DNA of 64,000 bases from Chloroflexota bacterium (GTDB lineage: Bacteria > Chloroflexota > Anaerolineae > Anaerolineales > Villigracilaceae). Below the pieces are notes generated by a model, which saw only the letters and a list, made by a program, of their open reading frames with translations, was not told the origin of the DNA and made no database searches. The stretch covers positions 1-64,000 of the forward strand of contig JBBITF010000006.1 in assembly GCA_037440925.1 (NCBI GenBank). Direction: 5' to 3'. A program made the translations under genes and the position numbers. Shown here in pieces: positions 30,929 to 40,515 of this stretch; positions within the stretch are counted from its first letter, which is position 1; each line of letters opens with the position of its first letter.

Positions 30929-31986
30929 TGGCCCGCACTGACTTTGGCCCTCCGAACTATAAAGACATGCTTCCGCCTGTCATTGCAAAGAACTATGGAC
31001 AGTGGAAGTATCACGAGCGTGTCAAACCAGGCGTTTTGAAGCATGTTGCCGAATCTGGCGATGAGTTGTATACCGTCCGCGTCGGTTCTTGCCGCCTGGT
31101 CAGCACCGACTGGATCCGCGATGTGTGCCAGATTGCCGACAAATATTGCGGCGGCCACCTGCGGTTTACCAGCCGCCACAACCTAGAGTTTCTGGTTTCT
31201 GACAAGAATCAGGTTGAACCTCTGCTGGCTCATCTCAAGCAAGAAGGCTACGCCGTAGGCGGCACCGGCCATGCCATCAGCAACCCGGTGCATACTCAGG
31301 GGTGGATTCACTGCCATACGCCCGCCACCGACGCCTCCGGCATTGTCAAGGCCGTGATGGACGATTTGTTCGAGTATTTCACAGATTGGAAGTTGCCGGC
31401 CTATTGCCGCATTTCTCTGGCTTGTTGTTTGAACATGTGCGGCGCGGTGCATTGCTCCGACATCGCCATCCTGGGTATCCATCGCAAGCCGCCGCACATC
31501 AATCACGATACGGTGCGCGCTAAATGCGAAATCCCCAACGTGATTGCGGCTTGTCCTACTGGCGCCATTCGTCCTGACCCCAAGGAAAAATCGCTGACGG
31601 TCAATGAAGAGAAGTGTATGTACTGTGGCAACTGCTATACCATGTGCCCGGGCATGCCGTTGGCCGATCCAGAGGGCGATGGCGTATCCATTTGGGTGGG
31701 CGGCAAGATTTCGAGCGCGCGCACAGCCCCCAAATTCTCTCGTCTGGTCATCCCTTACTTGCCCAACAATCCGCCGCGCTGGCCCGAAGTGACCGCGGCC
31801 GTGCGCAACATTGTTGAGACTTGGGCAAGCCATGCCCGCAAGCACGAGCGCATGGGCGAGTGGATTGACCGTATTGGTTGGGAACGATTCTTCGATCTGA
31901 CAGGCATTCCGTTCACTGTCCAACTCATTGACGACTTCACTCTGGCTACTGAAACCTTCCGGTCAACGCCTGCCTTCAAGTGGTAA
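30928..31986 (+). CDS. dsrB: Dissimilatory sulfite reductase beta subunit
   Basis: TAATG overlap with dsrA. Cysteine clusters (CHTPATDASG; CCLNMCGAVHC). Ferredoxin domain (CPTGAIRP...CMYCGNCYTMCP). Confidence 0.9.
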   Translation: MARTDFGPPNYKDMLPPVIAKNYGQWKYHERVKPGVLKHVAESGDELYTVRVGSCRLVSTDWIRDVCQIADKYCGGHLRFTSRHNLEFLVSDKNQVEPLLAHLKQEGYAVGGTGHAISNPVHTQGWIHCHTPATDASGIVKAVMDDLFEYFTDWKLPAYCRISLACCLNMCGAVHCSDIAILGIHRKPPHINHDTVRAKCEIPNVIAACPTGAIRPDPKEKSLTVNEEKCMYCGNCYTMCPGMPLADPEGDGVSIWVGGKISSARTAPKFSRLVIPYLPNNPPRWPEVTAAVRNIVETWASHARKHERMGEWIDRIGWERFFDLTGIPFTVQLIDDFTLATETFRSTPAFKW

Positions 31987-31997
31987 AGAGGTGAAGC

Positions 31998-32207
31998 ATG
32001 AGCGACGAAGTGACGGAGGAACTGAAGAATCAAATCGTTGAATTCTTCAAACAAAAAGGGAAGATGATGACCCATCGTGATGTTGCCAAAGGCCTTGACC
32101 TGGATCAAAAACTGGTCAAGAAGGCGCTGACAGAATTAGTCAATGCCGGCACATTGGAATTTACTTCCTTTGGCGGCGCCACGTTCATCAAACTCCCCGG
32201 CACATGA
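31998..32207 (+). CDS. dsrD: DsrD (small winged-helix protein of reductive-type dsr operons)
   Basis: 69 aa directly after dsrB. KKALTELVNAGTLEFTSFGGATFIKL matches the DsrD wH signature (K-K-x-L-x-x-L-V-N-x-x-L-E-(Y/F)-x-S-x-G). Confidence 0.7.
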   Translation: MSDEVTEELKNQIVEFFKQKGKMMTHRDVAKGLDLDQKLVKKALTELVNAGTLEFTSFGGATFIKLPGT

Positions 32208-32251
32208 CAGACCGAAGCGCTTTGTAAGATATTCTTTTTGAGGAGGTAGAT

Positions 32252-32569
32252 ATGCCTGTAGTCGAACTGAATGGGATACAGGTAAGTGTGGACGAGGATG
32301 GTTTCATTGAAGACCCTTCCGTATGGAATGAGGAATTGGCGGCTGCCATTGCCAAAACCGAGGAAGTCAATGAATTGACCGAGGATCATTGGAAGGTAGT
32401 CAAGTATCTGCGGGAATATTACCTGCAATTTGGCATTGCGCCCATGATCCGTAAACTCTGCAAAGAGACCGGTTACGACCTCAAAACCATTTACGAGTTA
32501 TTTCCAAGCGGTCCAGCCAAAGGCGCCTGCAAGATTGCTGGCTTGCCCAAGCCCACTGGCTGCGTCTAG
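32252..32569 (+). CDS. dsrC: DsrC (TusE/DsrC family) with complete C-terminal arm
   Basis: 105 aa ending ...CKIAGLPKPTGCV with both conserved cysteines. GAGGAGG RBS. Confidence 0.9.
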   Translation: MPVVELNGIQVSVDEDGFIEDPSVWNEELAAAIAKTEEVNELTEDHWKVVKYLREYYLQFGIAPMIRKLCKETGYDLKTIYELFPSGPAKGACKIAGLPKPTGCV

Positions 32570-32601
32570 TCCGTTTAGCGCGAGGTTACATTCTCCACAC
32601 T

Positions 32602-32668
32602 GGGGATAGGGGGGAGCAGATGTGCAAATCAGCCGTCTTCCTGCCCCCTATCCCTTGTTGTTTCTTTG
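32602..32668 (+). terminator. Attenuator/partial intrinsic terminator between dsrC and dsrM
   Basis: GGGGATAGGGGGGAGCA ...21-nt loop... CTGCCCCCTATCCC followed by TTGTTGTTTCTTT. Confidence 0.45.
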
Positions 32669-32675
32669 AGGCACT

Positions 32676-33422
32676 ATGAGCACAAGCGATATTTTGTGGA
32701 CCCTGCTTTCCCTCTTTTTCATTGGTCTGGCTTATTTTGCAGCCTTTTCTTTCGTGGCAGGTTTGCTGTGGAAATTCTACGGTTACTTGCGCACTCCCAT
32801 GCCTTTACCTCATGCTGTGACACCTGCTCCTAAGACAGAAGGGGGAGCCGTCTTACGCGTGTTAGGAGATGTCACCCTCTTCTCCAACCTGTTCAAAGCC
32901 GATAAATGGTTGTGGGGAGGTGCGTGGCTCTTCCATGTTGCCTTGGCTGCGGTTTTATTCCGTCACTTGCGTTATTTTACTTACCCCGTGCCTGGACTGG
33001 TCCTATACATGGAATCGGTGGCGCTATTCTTTGGCAGTTTGCTGGGGGCGGCTGCCTTGTTCCTGTTTTGGCGGCGGCTGGCTTTGCCGCGCACACTCTA
33101 TATTTCTAATATCCCCGATTATTTTGCCCTGGCTTTGTTGGGCGTGATTGCCGGCAGTGGCCTGATGGTGAATTACTGGTTGCGCGTCAATATCGTAGAT
33201 GTCAAAGGCTTTATTTTGGGATTGATGACTTTCCATCCTGTCGAAGTACCTCATCATCCCTTGTTCCTCTTGCATTTACTGGCCGTCCTGATTTTGATGA
33301 TTTACTTCCCTTTCAGCAAGTTGCTCCATGCAGGCGGTCTGATTTTCAGCCCCTCGCGTCATCAGCCTTTTCAGGTGCAGGTGCGCGGCAAGCGTTATAT
33401 CAATCCAGTTGACCGTTATTGA
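32676..33422 (+). CDS. dsrM: DsrM (NarI-like diheme b membrane subunit)
   Basis: 248 aa, 5-6 TM. Conserved His in TM helices (FHVALAAVLFRHL; HHPLFLLHLL). Position and size match DsrM/HdrE. Confidence 0.8.
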   Translation: MSTSDILWTLLSLFFIGLAYFAAFSFVAGLLWKFYGYLRTPMPLPHAVTPAPKTEGGAVLRVLGDVTLFSNLFKADKWLWGGAWLFHVALAAVLFRHLRYFTYPVPGLVLYMESVALFFGSLLGAAALFLFWRRLALPRTLYISNIPDYFALALLGVIAGSGLMVNYWLRVNIVDVKGFILGLMTFHPVEVPHHPLFLLHLLAVLILMIYFPFSKLLHAGGLIFSPSRHQPFQVQVRGKRYINPVDRY

Positions 33423-33433
33423 GAGAATAACCT

Positions 33434-34879
33434 ATGTCGAAATTCGATGAGACTCCGATTGTCAAAGACCCGGCAGTAAATGGCGTCTTGCGCCCGCCCA
33501 AACTCCGCGAACACGCTTCGGCAGAGGTGCAGTGTTATCCGAGCAAGCCCAAAGATACTTCGGCCATTGATTTGCCGACCGAATTGGTGCCGGATTGGAA
33601 AGAGCGTGCCATTGCCAGATTGGGCGAGTTGTTGGAAAAGAACCAGGCCTTGCGCGTCTACATGGACATCTGTGTGCGCTGCGGCGCCTGCACCGACAAA
33701 TGCCAGTTCTTCCTGGGGACGGGCGACCCGCAGAACTTCCCGGTGGCGCGCGCGGAACTGCTGCGAAAAGTCTATCGCCGCTACTTTACGCCGGCCGGTC
33801 TCTTCCCAGACCTGGGAGAGGCCGCCGATTTAGACGAAGAGATGCTCCAGAAGTGGTACACCTACTTCTACCAATGCTCCGAATGCCGCCGCTGTTCGGT
33901 CTTTTGCCCGTATGGCATAGATACTGCCGAAATTACCATTGCCGCGCGCGAGATCATGGCCTCGATTGGTGTCTCGACCAAATACATCACGGAAGTTGTG
34001 GCAAAGGTCTATGCTACTGGCAACAATCTGGGCATTCCGCCGGCTGCCTGGAAGGACAACTGCGAATTTCTCGAAGAGGATGTGCAGGCGGATACCGGCC
34101 TGCCTATCCGCTTCCCAGTCGATGAGAAAGGCGCCGAAGTTCTGCTGGTGCCGCCCTCGGCCGATAACTTTGCCAATACTGACACCATGATTGGCTATGG
34201 CAAACTCTTCCATTTCTTGGGCGTCAGTTGGACAACCAGCACCTACTGTAATGAAGGCGGTAACTTTGGCCTGTTCTTGAATTTTGCCAACTTGAAAAAA
34301 GTCAACCGCCGCATTCTGGATGCCGCCCGCGAATTGGGCGTCAAGACCATTATCTGGGGTGAGTGTGGACATGCCTGGCGGGCAGGCATTATGACGCCTT
34401 CGCTCAATGGCCCGATGGATGATTTCGATCCGCCTTATCCGTACCATATTAGCCAGTATATCGTTGACATGCTGCACAAAGGCGCTTTCGAGGGCCACAT
34501 AGACAAGTCGGCCAATGACCAGTATCTTGTCACCTATCATGACCCGTGCAATTCTGCGCGCGCGGGCTACCTCATCGAAGAACCGCGTGAGATCATCCGC
34601 GCCGTTTGTAACCGCTTTGTCGAAATGCCAGAAGGCACCATCCGCGAAAAGACTTTTTGCTGCGGCGCAGGCAACGGCCTGTTGACGGATGAGATTATGC
34701 CCATCCGCATGGCGGGCGGCAAACCGCGCGCCATGGCCGTCAAGCACACCGGCGCCAATTACCTGGCCACTGTATGTGCAATTTGCAAGGCGCAATTGCC
34801 CGAATCCATGCACTATTGGCAGGTGCCGGTCAAGGTGGGTGGCGTGATTGACTTGCTGGCGAACGCTCTCAAATTCTAG
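33434..34879 (+). CDS. dsrK: DsrK (HdrD-like CCG-domain Fe-S protein)
   Basis: Two ferredoxin Cys clusters (CVRCGACTDKC; CSECRRCSVFCP). Two CCG motifs (YHDPC...CCGAGNG). Confidence 0.85.
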   Translation: MSKFDETPIVKDPAVNGVLRPPKLREHASAEVQCYPSKPKDTSAIDLPTELVPDWKERAIARLGELLEKNQALRVYMDICVRCGACTDKCQFFLGTGDPQNFPVARAELLRKVYRRYFTPAGLFPDLGEAADLDEEMLQKWYTYFYQCSECRRCSVFCPYGIDTAEITIAAREIMASIGVSTKYITEVVAKVYATGNNLGIPPAAWKDNCEFLEEDVQADTGLPIRFPVDEKGAEVLLVPPSADNFANTDTMIGYGKLFHFLGVSWTTSTYCNEGGNFGLFLNFANLKKVNRRILDAARELGVKTIIWGECGHAWRAGIMTPSLNGPMDDFDPPYPYHISQYIVDMLHKGAFEGHIDKSANDQYLVTYHDPCNSARAGYLIEEPREIIRAVCNRFVEMPEGTIREKTFCCGAGNGLLTDEIMPIRMAGGKPRAMAVKHTGANYLATVCAICKAQLPESMHYWQVPVKVGGVIDLLANALKF

Positions 34880-34894
34880 CCCTTGGAGACAGCC

Positions 34895-35197
34895 ATGCGC
34901 AAAGTAGCCTTGTCTCTCGTTGTATTCGGAATTCTGCTCTTGACGGTCCTCTTTTATCCGCGCTATGTGGAGAAACCCGTCAAGGACGGTGAAGGGCCGT
35001 TGGCGATTTACCTTGACCCCAGCCTGCCGGCGCCTGAATATCACAGCCCCTTAGACTGGTGGAAACGGAATCACAAGACGATCGTCAATCGCGGCGACCT
35101 GGACAGGCGCGATTGCCTGCAATGCCATGACCCGGCCACCTCTTGCAACAATTGTCACGCTTATGTGGGCGCGGCTGAGATTGTCGTTGCCCCCTAA
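34895..35197 (+). CDS. Membrane-anchored diheme cytochrome c
   Basis: ATG 34895 (GGAGA RBS). N-terminal TM anchor. Two CxxCH motifs (CLQCH, CNNCH). 100 aa. Confidence 0.65.
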   Translation: MRKVALSLVVFGILLLTVLFYPRYVEKPVKDGEGPLAIYLDPSLPAPEYHSPLDWWKRNHKTIVNRGDLDRRDCLQCHDPATSCNNCHAYVGAAEIVVAP

Positions 35198-35659
35198 ATG
35201 GTGAGCGCTATGACGGATACTTCTGTTTCCTCTCCTAAACCTTCCATTTTCTCCCGCCGCCGCCAGTTTATTCAACTGGGCTTCTTGACGGTGGCAGCCG
35301 CCTGGCTGGGAACATGGCTGCAAGCGCGTCTCTTCCCGGCCGCCAGCGCCAGCCAGGAAGCTGCGCCGGTCTCTTTTCCATTGAGCGACTTGCCGGTTGG
35401 CGGAGCCAAAGCCATTACGTATGGCGGCATTCCTGTATTGGTATTGCGCACCCCGCAGAGTCTCCGCGCCTTCTCGTTGATTTGCACGCACCTGGGCTGT
35501 ATTGTGGAATGGCAAGATAACAAGAAGGAATTTTATTGCCCTTGTCACGATGGCCGCTATGATGAATTTGGCGATGTGTTGGCCGGCCCCCCGCCCATTC
35601 CGTTGGAGCAATTTGCCGTGCGCATCGAGGGCGAACAAGTCATCGTCGGCGAGGCTTGA
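35198..35659 (+). CDS. TAT-exported Rieske [2Fe-2S] protein
   Basis: Twin-arginine motif SRRRQFIQ. Rieske boxes CTHLGC and CPCHDG. TAAATG overlap with upstream gene. Confidence 0.8.
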   Translation: MVSAMTDTSVSSPKPSIFSRRRQFIQLGFLTVAAAWLGTWLQARLFPAASASQEAAPVSFPLSDLPVGGAKAITYGGIPVLVLRTPQSLRAFSLICTHLGCIVEWQDNKKEFYCPCHDGRYDEFGDVLAGPPPIPLEQFAVRIEGEQVIVGEA

Positions 35660-35674
35660 GGCAGGAGAATGAAC

Positions 35675-36049
35675 ATGAAACGTTTTCTAATTTTCTTCGG
35701 TTCACTGCTTGTGACTGTGGCGTTGCTGTTGGCCCTCTTGCCCGCTGCTACGGCCCAAGCCCTTCCCGAATATTCAGCGCAGACCGGGGAACCCTGCGCC
35801 TCTTGTCACATCAGCCCCTCGGGCGGCGGCCCCCGCGGCCCGCGCGGGCAGGCCTGGGTAGCCTCCGGCAAACCCGGCGCCGTGCCGGATACGCTCCAGG
35901 CGCTCGAATTGCTGGGCGTCGAATTGAGCGTGGATCCGGCCTATTTTACGGCAACAGGTTTCGAGGTCCAGGAACCGGAAGCGCTGCAGGTCGCTCCGGC
36001 CCAGAGCGTGCGCTTGTACCGTTGGTTGAGTCAATATGATGGCAATTAG
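35675..36049 (+). CDS. Secreted monoheme cytochrome c
   Basis: Signal peptide and a single CASCH motif. ATG 35675 preferred over 35669 because of AGGAGA RBS spacing. Confidence 0.65.
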   Translation: MKRFLIFFGSLLVTVALLLALLPAATAQALPEYSAQTGEPCASCHISPSGGGPRGPRGQAWVASGKPGAVPDTLQALELLGVELSVDPAYFTATGFEVQEPEALQVAPAQSVRLYRWLSQYDGN

Positions 36050-36080
36050 TCGTCGTGCGTTGATCGGTAAAGGATAGCCT

Positions 36081-38450
36081 ATGGAAAACTTCCCCTCTCA
36101 GACTCCTCCCTCAGAACTTTCCCGTCGTGATTTCATCAAATTTGGCGCCGCTGCCGCCATCGCCGGCGTTGGACTGAACGCTTTGCAGCCAGCGCAGCAG
36201 GCTACCTCGGTGCAAGCGGCGGTGGGTGAAGAGACGATTGTTAAAACGACATGCGCCTTGTGCCCCTCAGGCTGCGGCCTGGATGTGCGCGTGGTGAACG
36301 GCAAGGCGGTGAAAGTGGAAGGCAACCCGCTGCACCCGCTCAACCAGGGCGTATGCTGCCTGCGGGGACAGACCTCGTTGGAGGTGCTGTATAGCCCAGA
36401 GCGCATCCAACGCCCGCGCGTCCAGATGGGCGAGCGCGGTTCGGGCGATTGGAAAGAAATCTCGTGGGACGAGGCGCTTGAACTGGCGGCTGGCAAACTC
36501 GGTGAACTGCGCGCCGCTGGAAAGCCTCATAGCGTTGCGCTCATGCATGGCGAACTGCGCGGGCAAATGCGCCAGACGGTGCAGCGTTTCATGCGCGCCT
36601 ATGGCTCGCCGAATGTCATTTCGCGCGAGAGTTTGGGCGAAGGCGCGGCCCGTATGGCTTTATGGCTTTCACAAGGCGTAAACGCGCTGCCGGTCTACGA
36701 CATCAACAACGCCAATTATGTGTTGACCTTTGGGGGCAACCTGCTCGAATCCAGCCGCAACTTGATTGGCTATCTGGGCGCGACGGCTTTCATGCGGCGC
36801 GGACGCCCACAGCGCGGCAAACTGGTGGCCGTCCACCCGCGCCTTTCTCTGACCGGCATCAAGGCCGACGAGTGGGTGCCAATCCGCCCTGGCACGTATG
36901 GCGCGCTGGCTTTGGGCATGGCCAATGTCATCATCAACAGCAAACTATATGACGAAGCCTTCGTGCGCGACTTTACCTTTGGCTTCGAGGATTTCGAGGA
37001 CGCCGAGGGGACGTTGCACAAAGGCTTCAAGTCGCTGGTGTTGGAAACCTATACCCTCGAGCGCGTCTCGGCTATTACGGGCGTCTCTACCGATAAGATT
37101 GCCCGCATTGCGGGCGAATTTGCCACCAACCGCCCGGCGGTCGCCATGCTGCCCACCGAGGCGGGCGAACTCTCTAGCGGCAATGCGCTGTACACGGCGC
37201 TGGCCGTCCATGCCTTGAATGCCCTGGTTGGCTCGATAGACGTCAAGGGCGGCGTCCTCTTGCAGCGCTTCCCTAAATTGGCCGACTGGCCTGACTACAC
37301 CCTCGATGCGACAGCCCGCCTGGGAGAAAGCCGCGAGCGCATAGACGGGGCCGGCTCCCAATTCCCCTTGGCGCTATCGGCCTATCAGAATGTGCCAGAG
37401 CGCATCCTGGAGGGCAAGCCTTACCCCATCGAGGCCCTCTTCTTGCTGAACGCCAACCCGCTCTACGACCTGCCCAATGGCGGGCGTACCCTGGAAGCCT
37501 TGCAAAAAGTACCTTTTGTGGTCAGTTTTGCCTCCACCCTCGACGAAAGCGCGGCCTATGCCGACCTGATTTTGCCGGCCAGCACCTTCCTAGAAGTGTG
37601 GGGCGACGATTACCTGGAAGGCACGGGCTATGCGGGCATCTCCCTGCGCCAGCCGGCTGTTGCGCCGCTCCACGATACGCGCAATCCCGGCGACGTGCTG
37701 CTCGACCTGGCGCACCGCATCGGAGGTAATCTGGCAAAAGCCTTCCCCTGGGAAACCTACCAAGACCTGATCATGCAGCGCCTGTCTACCCTGGATTGGG
37801 AGAAATTGCAGGCCAACGGCAACTGGTCCGAACTGGTCTATTTCAACGCCCAACCCGGCAGCCCCGCCTGGAGCGAGGTGGTCGGACGTGACCGCTTGAA
37901 CGCTCCCAAAGATGGACGCTTCGACTTCTTCTCGCGCGAACTCTTCGCCCTGCTCGCTTCGGACTCGGACTTGGCCTGCTTGCCCCACTTCGAGATTCCC
38001 CCCGCCCTGGCCGACACTGCCGAGGGCGCCCTCGACTATCCTTTCCTGCTGGTCGTACAGCCGCTCATCACCCAGTCGCAGCAATGGCAAGGCATCGTCC
38101 CCACCTTGCAGGAGAGTTACGGCTTGCAAGGGCATGTCAAGTGGGACAGTTGGGTAGAAATCAGCCAGAAGGCAGCCGAAGCCCTCCACCTCGAGGATGG
38201 GCAGCGCGTGTGGGTAGAATCGCCGCTCGACCGCGTGCAGGCCACCGTTAGGGTATATGCTGGCATCTGGCCGAATGCCGTCTTCCTGCCGCCTGGACAG
38301 GGCCATCACACCTTTGTGCGCTGGGGCCGCAAATCTGAGCAGAACATGGTCGTCGGCGCCAACCCGAATGTTCTGAGTTTGTTTACGAGCGAGCCGTTGA
38401 GCGGACTGGCCGTAGCCGGCCCCACCCGCGTCCGTATTTATCCGGTTTGA
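36081..38450 (+). CDS. Molybdopterin (Mo-bisPGD) oxidoreductase catalytic subunit, PsrA/PhsA/TtrA-like, TAT-exported
   Basis: RRDFIKFGAAAA twin-arginine signal. FS0 [4Fe-4S] motif CALCPSGC...GVCCLRG. 789 aa, domain order typical of CISM A subunits. Confidence 0.8.
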   Translation: MENFPSQTPPSELSRRDFIKFGAAAAIAGVGLNALQPAQQATSVQAAVGEETIVKTTCALCPSGCGLDVRVVNGKAVKVEGNPLHPLNQGVCCLRGQTSLEVLYSPERIQRPRVQMGERGSGDWKEISWDEALELAAGKLGELRAAGKPHSVALMHGELRGQMRQTVQRFMRAYGSPNVISRESLGEGAARMALWLSQGVNALPVYDINNANYVLTFGGNLLESSRNLIGYLGATAFMRRGRPQRGKLVAVHPRLSLTGIKADEWVPIRPGTYGALALGMANVIINSKLYDEAFVRDFTFGFEDFEDAEGTLHKGFKSLVLETYTLERVSAITGVSTDKIARIAGEFATNRPAVAMLPTEAGELSSGNALYTALAVHALNALVGSIDVKGGVLLQRFPKLADWPDYTLDATARLGESRERIDGAGSQFPLALSAYQNVPERILEGKPYPIEALFLLNANPLYDLPNGGRTLEALQKVPFVVSFASTLDESAAYADLILPASTFLEVWGDDYLEGTGYAGISLRQPAVAPLHDTRNPGDVLLDLAHRIGGNLAKAFPWETYQDLIMQRLSTLDWEKLQANGNWSELVYFNAQPGSPAWSEVVGRDRLNAPKDGRFDFFSRELFALLASDSDLACLPHFEIPPALADTAEGALDYPFLLVVQPLITQSQQWQGIVPTLQESYGLQGHVKWDSWVEISQKAAEALHLEDGQRVWVESPLDRVQATVRVYAGIWPNAVFLPPGQGHHTFVRWGRKSEQNMVVGANPNVLSLFTSEPLSGLAVAGPTRVRIYPV

Positions 38451-38477
38451 TTGGAATTTTATATTTGGAGGTAGAAC

Positions 38478-39164
38478 ATGCCCCGCTGGGGAATGGTCAT
38501 TGACCTGGACAAATGCTTTGCCTGCCAGAGCTGCACCGCAGCCTGCCGCATGGAAAACAACACGCCTGTGGCCGGAAAGAACCAGGCCGATATGGGGCGC
38601 GCCATCCTGTGGAACGAGGTCTTGCCGTTCATAGAAGGCGAGTATCCCAATATCCACACCACCATGTTGCCGCGCCCGTGTATGCACTGCGACAACCCAC
38701 CCTGCGTTAAAGTCTGCCCGGTGCAGGCGACTTACAAAAACGAAGAAGGCATCGTGCTGGTGAACTACGATCGCTGTATTGGCTGCCGCATGTGCACTGT
38801 GGCTTGCCCTTATGCCGTGCGTTACTTCAACTGGTACCCCCCCGAATGGCCCGAGGAACTGAAAGCGCACTTGAATCCAGAACCGGAAGTGCAGCCTCGT
38901 CCTAAAGGCGTGGTCGAAAAATGTACCTTCTGCTTCCAGCGTTTGCGCAAAGCGCGTGAAGAAGCCGATGCAGAAGGTCGTCCTTTCAACGCCACTGACT
39001 ACACCCCTGCCTGCGTGCAAACCTGCACCGGCCACGCCCGCTACTTTGGCGACCTGGATGACCCGAACAGCCTGGTCTCTAAACTGGCGCATAGCCCGCG
39101 CGCCTTCCGTATGTTCGAAGAACTTGGCACACAGCCCAAAGTCTATTACTTGAAGCAAGGGTGA
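38478..39164 (+). CDS. 4x[4Fe-4S] ferredoxin-type electron-transfer subunit (PsrB/DsrO/NrfC-like)
   Basis: Four Cys clusters (CFACQSCTAAC; CMHCDNPPCVKVCP; CIGCRMCTVACP; CTFCFQR...CVQTC). No own signal peptide, consistent with TAT hitch-hiking on the A subunit. Confidence 0.8.
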   Translation: MPRWGMVIDLDKCFACQSCTAACRMENNTPVAGKNQADMGRAILWNEVLPFIEGEYPNIHTTMLPRPCMHCDNPPCVKVCPVQATYKNEEGIVLVNYDRCIGCRMCTVACPYAVRYFNWYPPEWPEELKAHLNPEPEVQPRPKGVVEKCTFCFQRLRKAREEADAEGRPFNATDYTPACVQTCTGHARYFGDLDDPNSLVSKLAHSPRAFRMFEELGTQPKVYYLKQG

Positions 39165-39168
39165 TGAT

Positions 39169-40497
39169 ATGGAACCCAAGAATCAAAACGTACAGCAAAT
39201 CCTTGCTCCCGTGCGCCGCGTTTCGGCTGGCGATTACCTGCTGTGGGGCGTCTTGCTTGCCTTGTTGTTGACCGGCCTGGGCGCCTGGACGTGGCAATTC
39301 ATCGAGGGCTTGGGCATCACCGGCATGAACCGCCCGGTCTATTGGGGCGTATACATTACCAACTTCGTTTTCTTCATCGGCCTGGCGCATTCCGGCACCT
39401 TCATCTCGGCCATCTTGCGCATCGCCGGGCAGAGTTGGCGCGCCCCGCTCACCCGCGCTGCCGAAGCCATCACGCTTTTCAGCCTGCCCTTCGGTGCTGG
39501 CTCCATCATTATTGATATGGGGCACCCCGAGCGCATCCTCAATGTCATTTTCTATGGACGTTACCAGTCGCCCATCCTGTGGGATGTGACAGCCGTCAGC
39601 CTGTATATGCTCTCCAGCATCATCTTCTTCTACTTCTCGCTCATCCCCGACATTGCGATTTGCCGCGACCGCCTCACCGACGCTCCGCGCTGGCAGCGCC
39701 GCATGTACCAAATCCTGGCTCTGGGTTGGAAGCACCATCCTGAGCAATATCGCCGTCTGGAAAAAGTGCTGGATGGTATGGCCGTTTTCATGACCATGTT
39801 GGTCGTCACCGTTCACACTGTGGTTTCCTGGCTGTTTGGCATGACCGTCCAACCTGGCTGGCATACCGCCTTGATCGGGCCGTTCTTCCTGTTGGGCGCC
39901 ATCCTATCGGGAACGGCGGCGGTGGTGATCACCTTGGCCATCCTGCGCAAGGTCTATCATCTGGAAAATGTCTTGCATGTCGGCCTGTTCAACTCTTTGC
40001 GCAAACTGTTGATTACCTTTGTCCTGGGCTGGCTGTACATGATGATCGCCGAGCATCTCACCATTGGTTATAGCAGCATGACCGAAGAGATGGTCGTCCT
40101 CAACGACAAATTCAGCGGCACCTTCTCGTTGATTTTCTGGAGCATGGCTACCTTCGTGTTTGGTCTTCCTTTGCTCATCTTCCTCTTCAAAGGCAAGAAC
40201 AATATCGGTTGGATGGTGTTTGCCTGTGTCCTCATCAATATTGGCATGTGGCTGGAGCGTTACATTGTCATCATCCCTACCGAGGTTAGCCCGCGCATGT
40301 TGCATGTCATGGGACAGGGACACTACCTCCCCCAACTGCCTGAAATCCTCATCACGATTGCCTGTTTCGCTGGCCTCATCCTGCTCTACGCGGTCTTTAC
40401 TCGTTTCTTCCCCATTGTTCCCATCTGGGAGACGGCTCAGGAACTGCCCGGCCACGCGCATTCTCAGCCGGCTCCGGCAGCCGCAGCCAGCGATTAG
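39169..40497 (+). CDS. NrfD/PsrC-family polytopic membrane quinone-interacting subunit
   Basis: 442 aa with about 10 TM helices, NrfD-like (DsrP/PsrC/ActC) organisation. 4-nt gap after the FeS gene. Confidence 0.75.
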   Translation: MEPKNQNVQQILAPVRRVSAGDYLLWGVLLALLLTGLGAWTWQFIEGLGITGMNRPVYWGVYITNFVFFIGLAHSGTFISAILRIAGQSWRAPLTRAAEAITLFSLPFGAGSIIIDMGHPERILNVIFYGRYQSPILWDVTAVSLYMLSSIIFFYFSLIPDIAICRDRLTDAPRWQRRMYQILALGWKHHPEQYRRLEKVLDGMAVFMTMLVVTVHTVVSWLFGMTVQPGWHTALIGPFFLLGAILSGTAAVVITLAILRKVYHLENVLHVGLFNSLRKLLITFVLGWLYMMIAEHLTIGYSSMTEEMVVLNDKFSGTFSLIFWSMATFVFGLPLLIFLFKGKNNIGWMVFACVLINIGMWLERYIVIIPTEVSPRMLHVMGQGHYLPQLPEILITIACFAGLILLYAVFTRFFPIVPIWETAQELPGHAHSQPAPAAAASD

Positions 40498-40515
40498 CCC
40501 CTTCAGGAGGTTGAC

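Noticed and set aside
34895-35197. Calling the 100-aa diheme cytochrome DsrJ
   Set aside because: DsrJ is a triheme periplasmic cytochrome of about 130 aa encoded together with dsrO and dsrP. Only two CxxCH motifs are present and the neighbours are not DsrO/DsrP in canonical order. Annotated generically instead.
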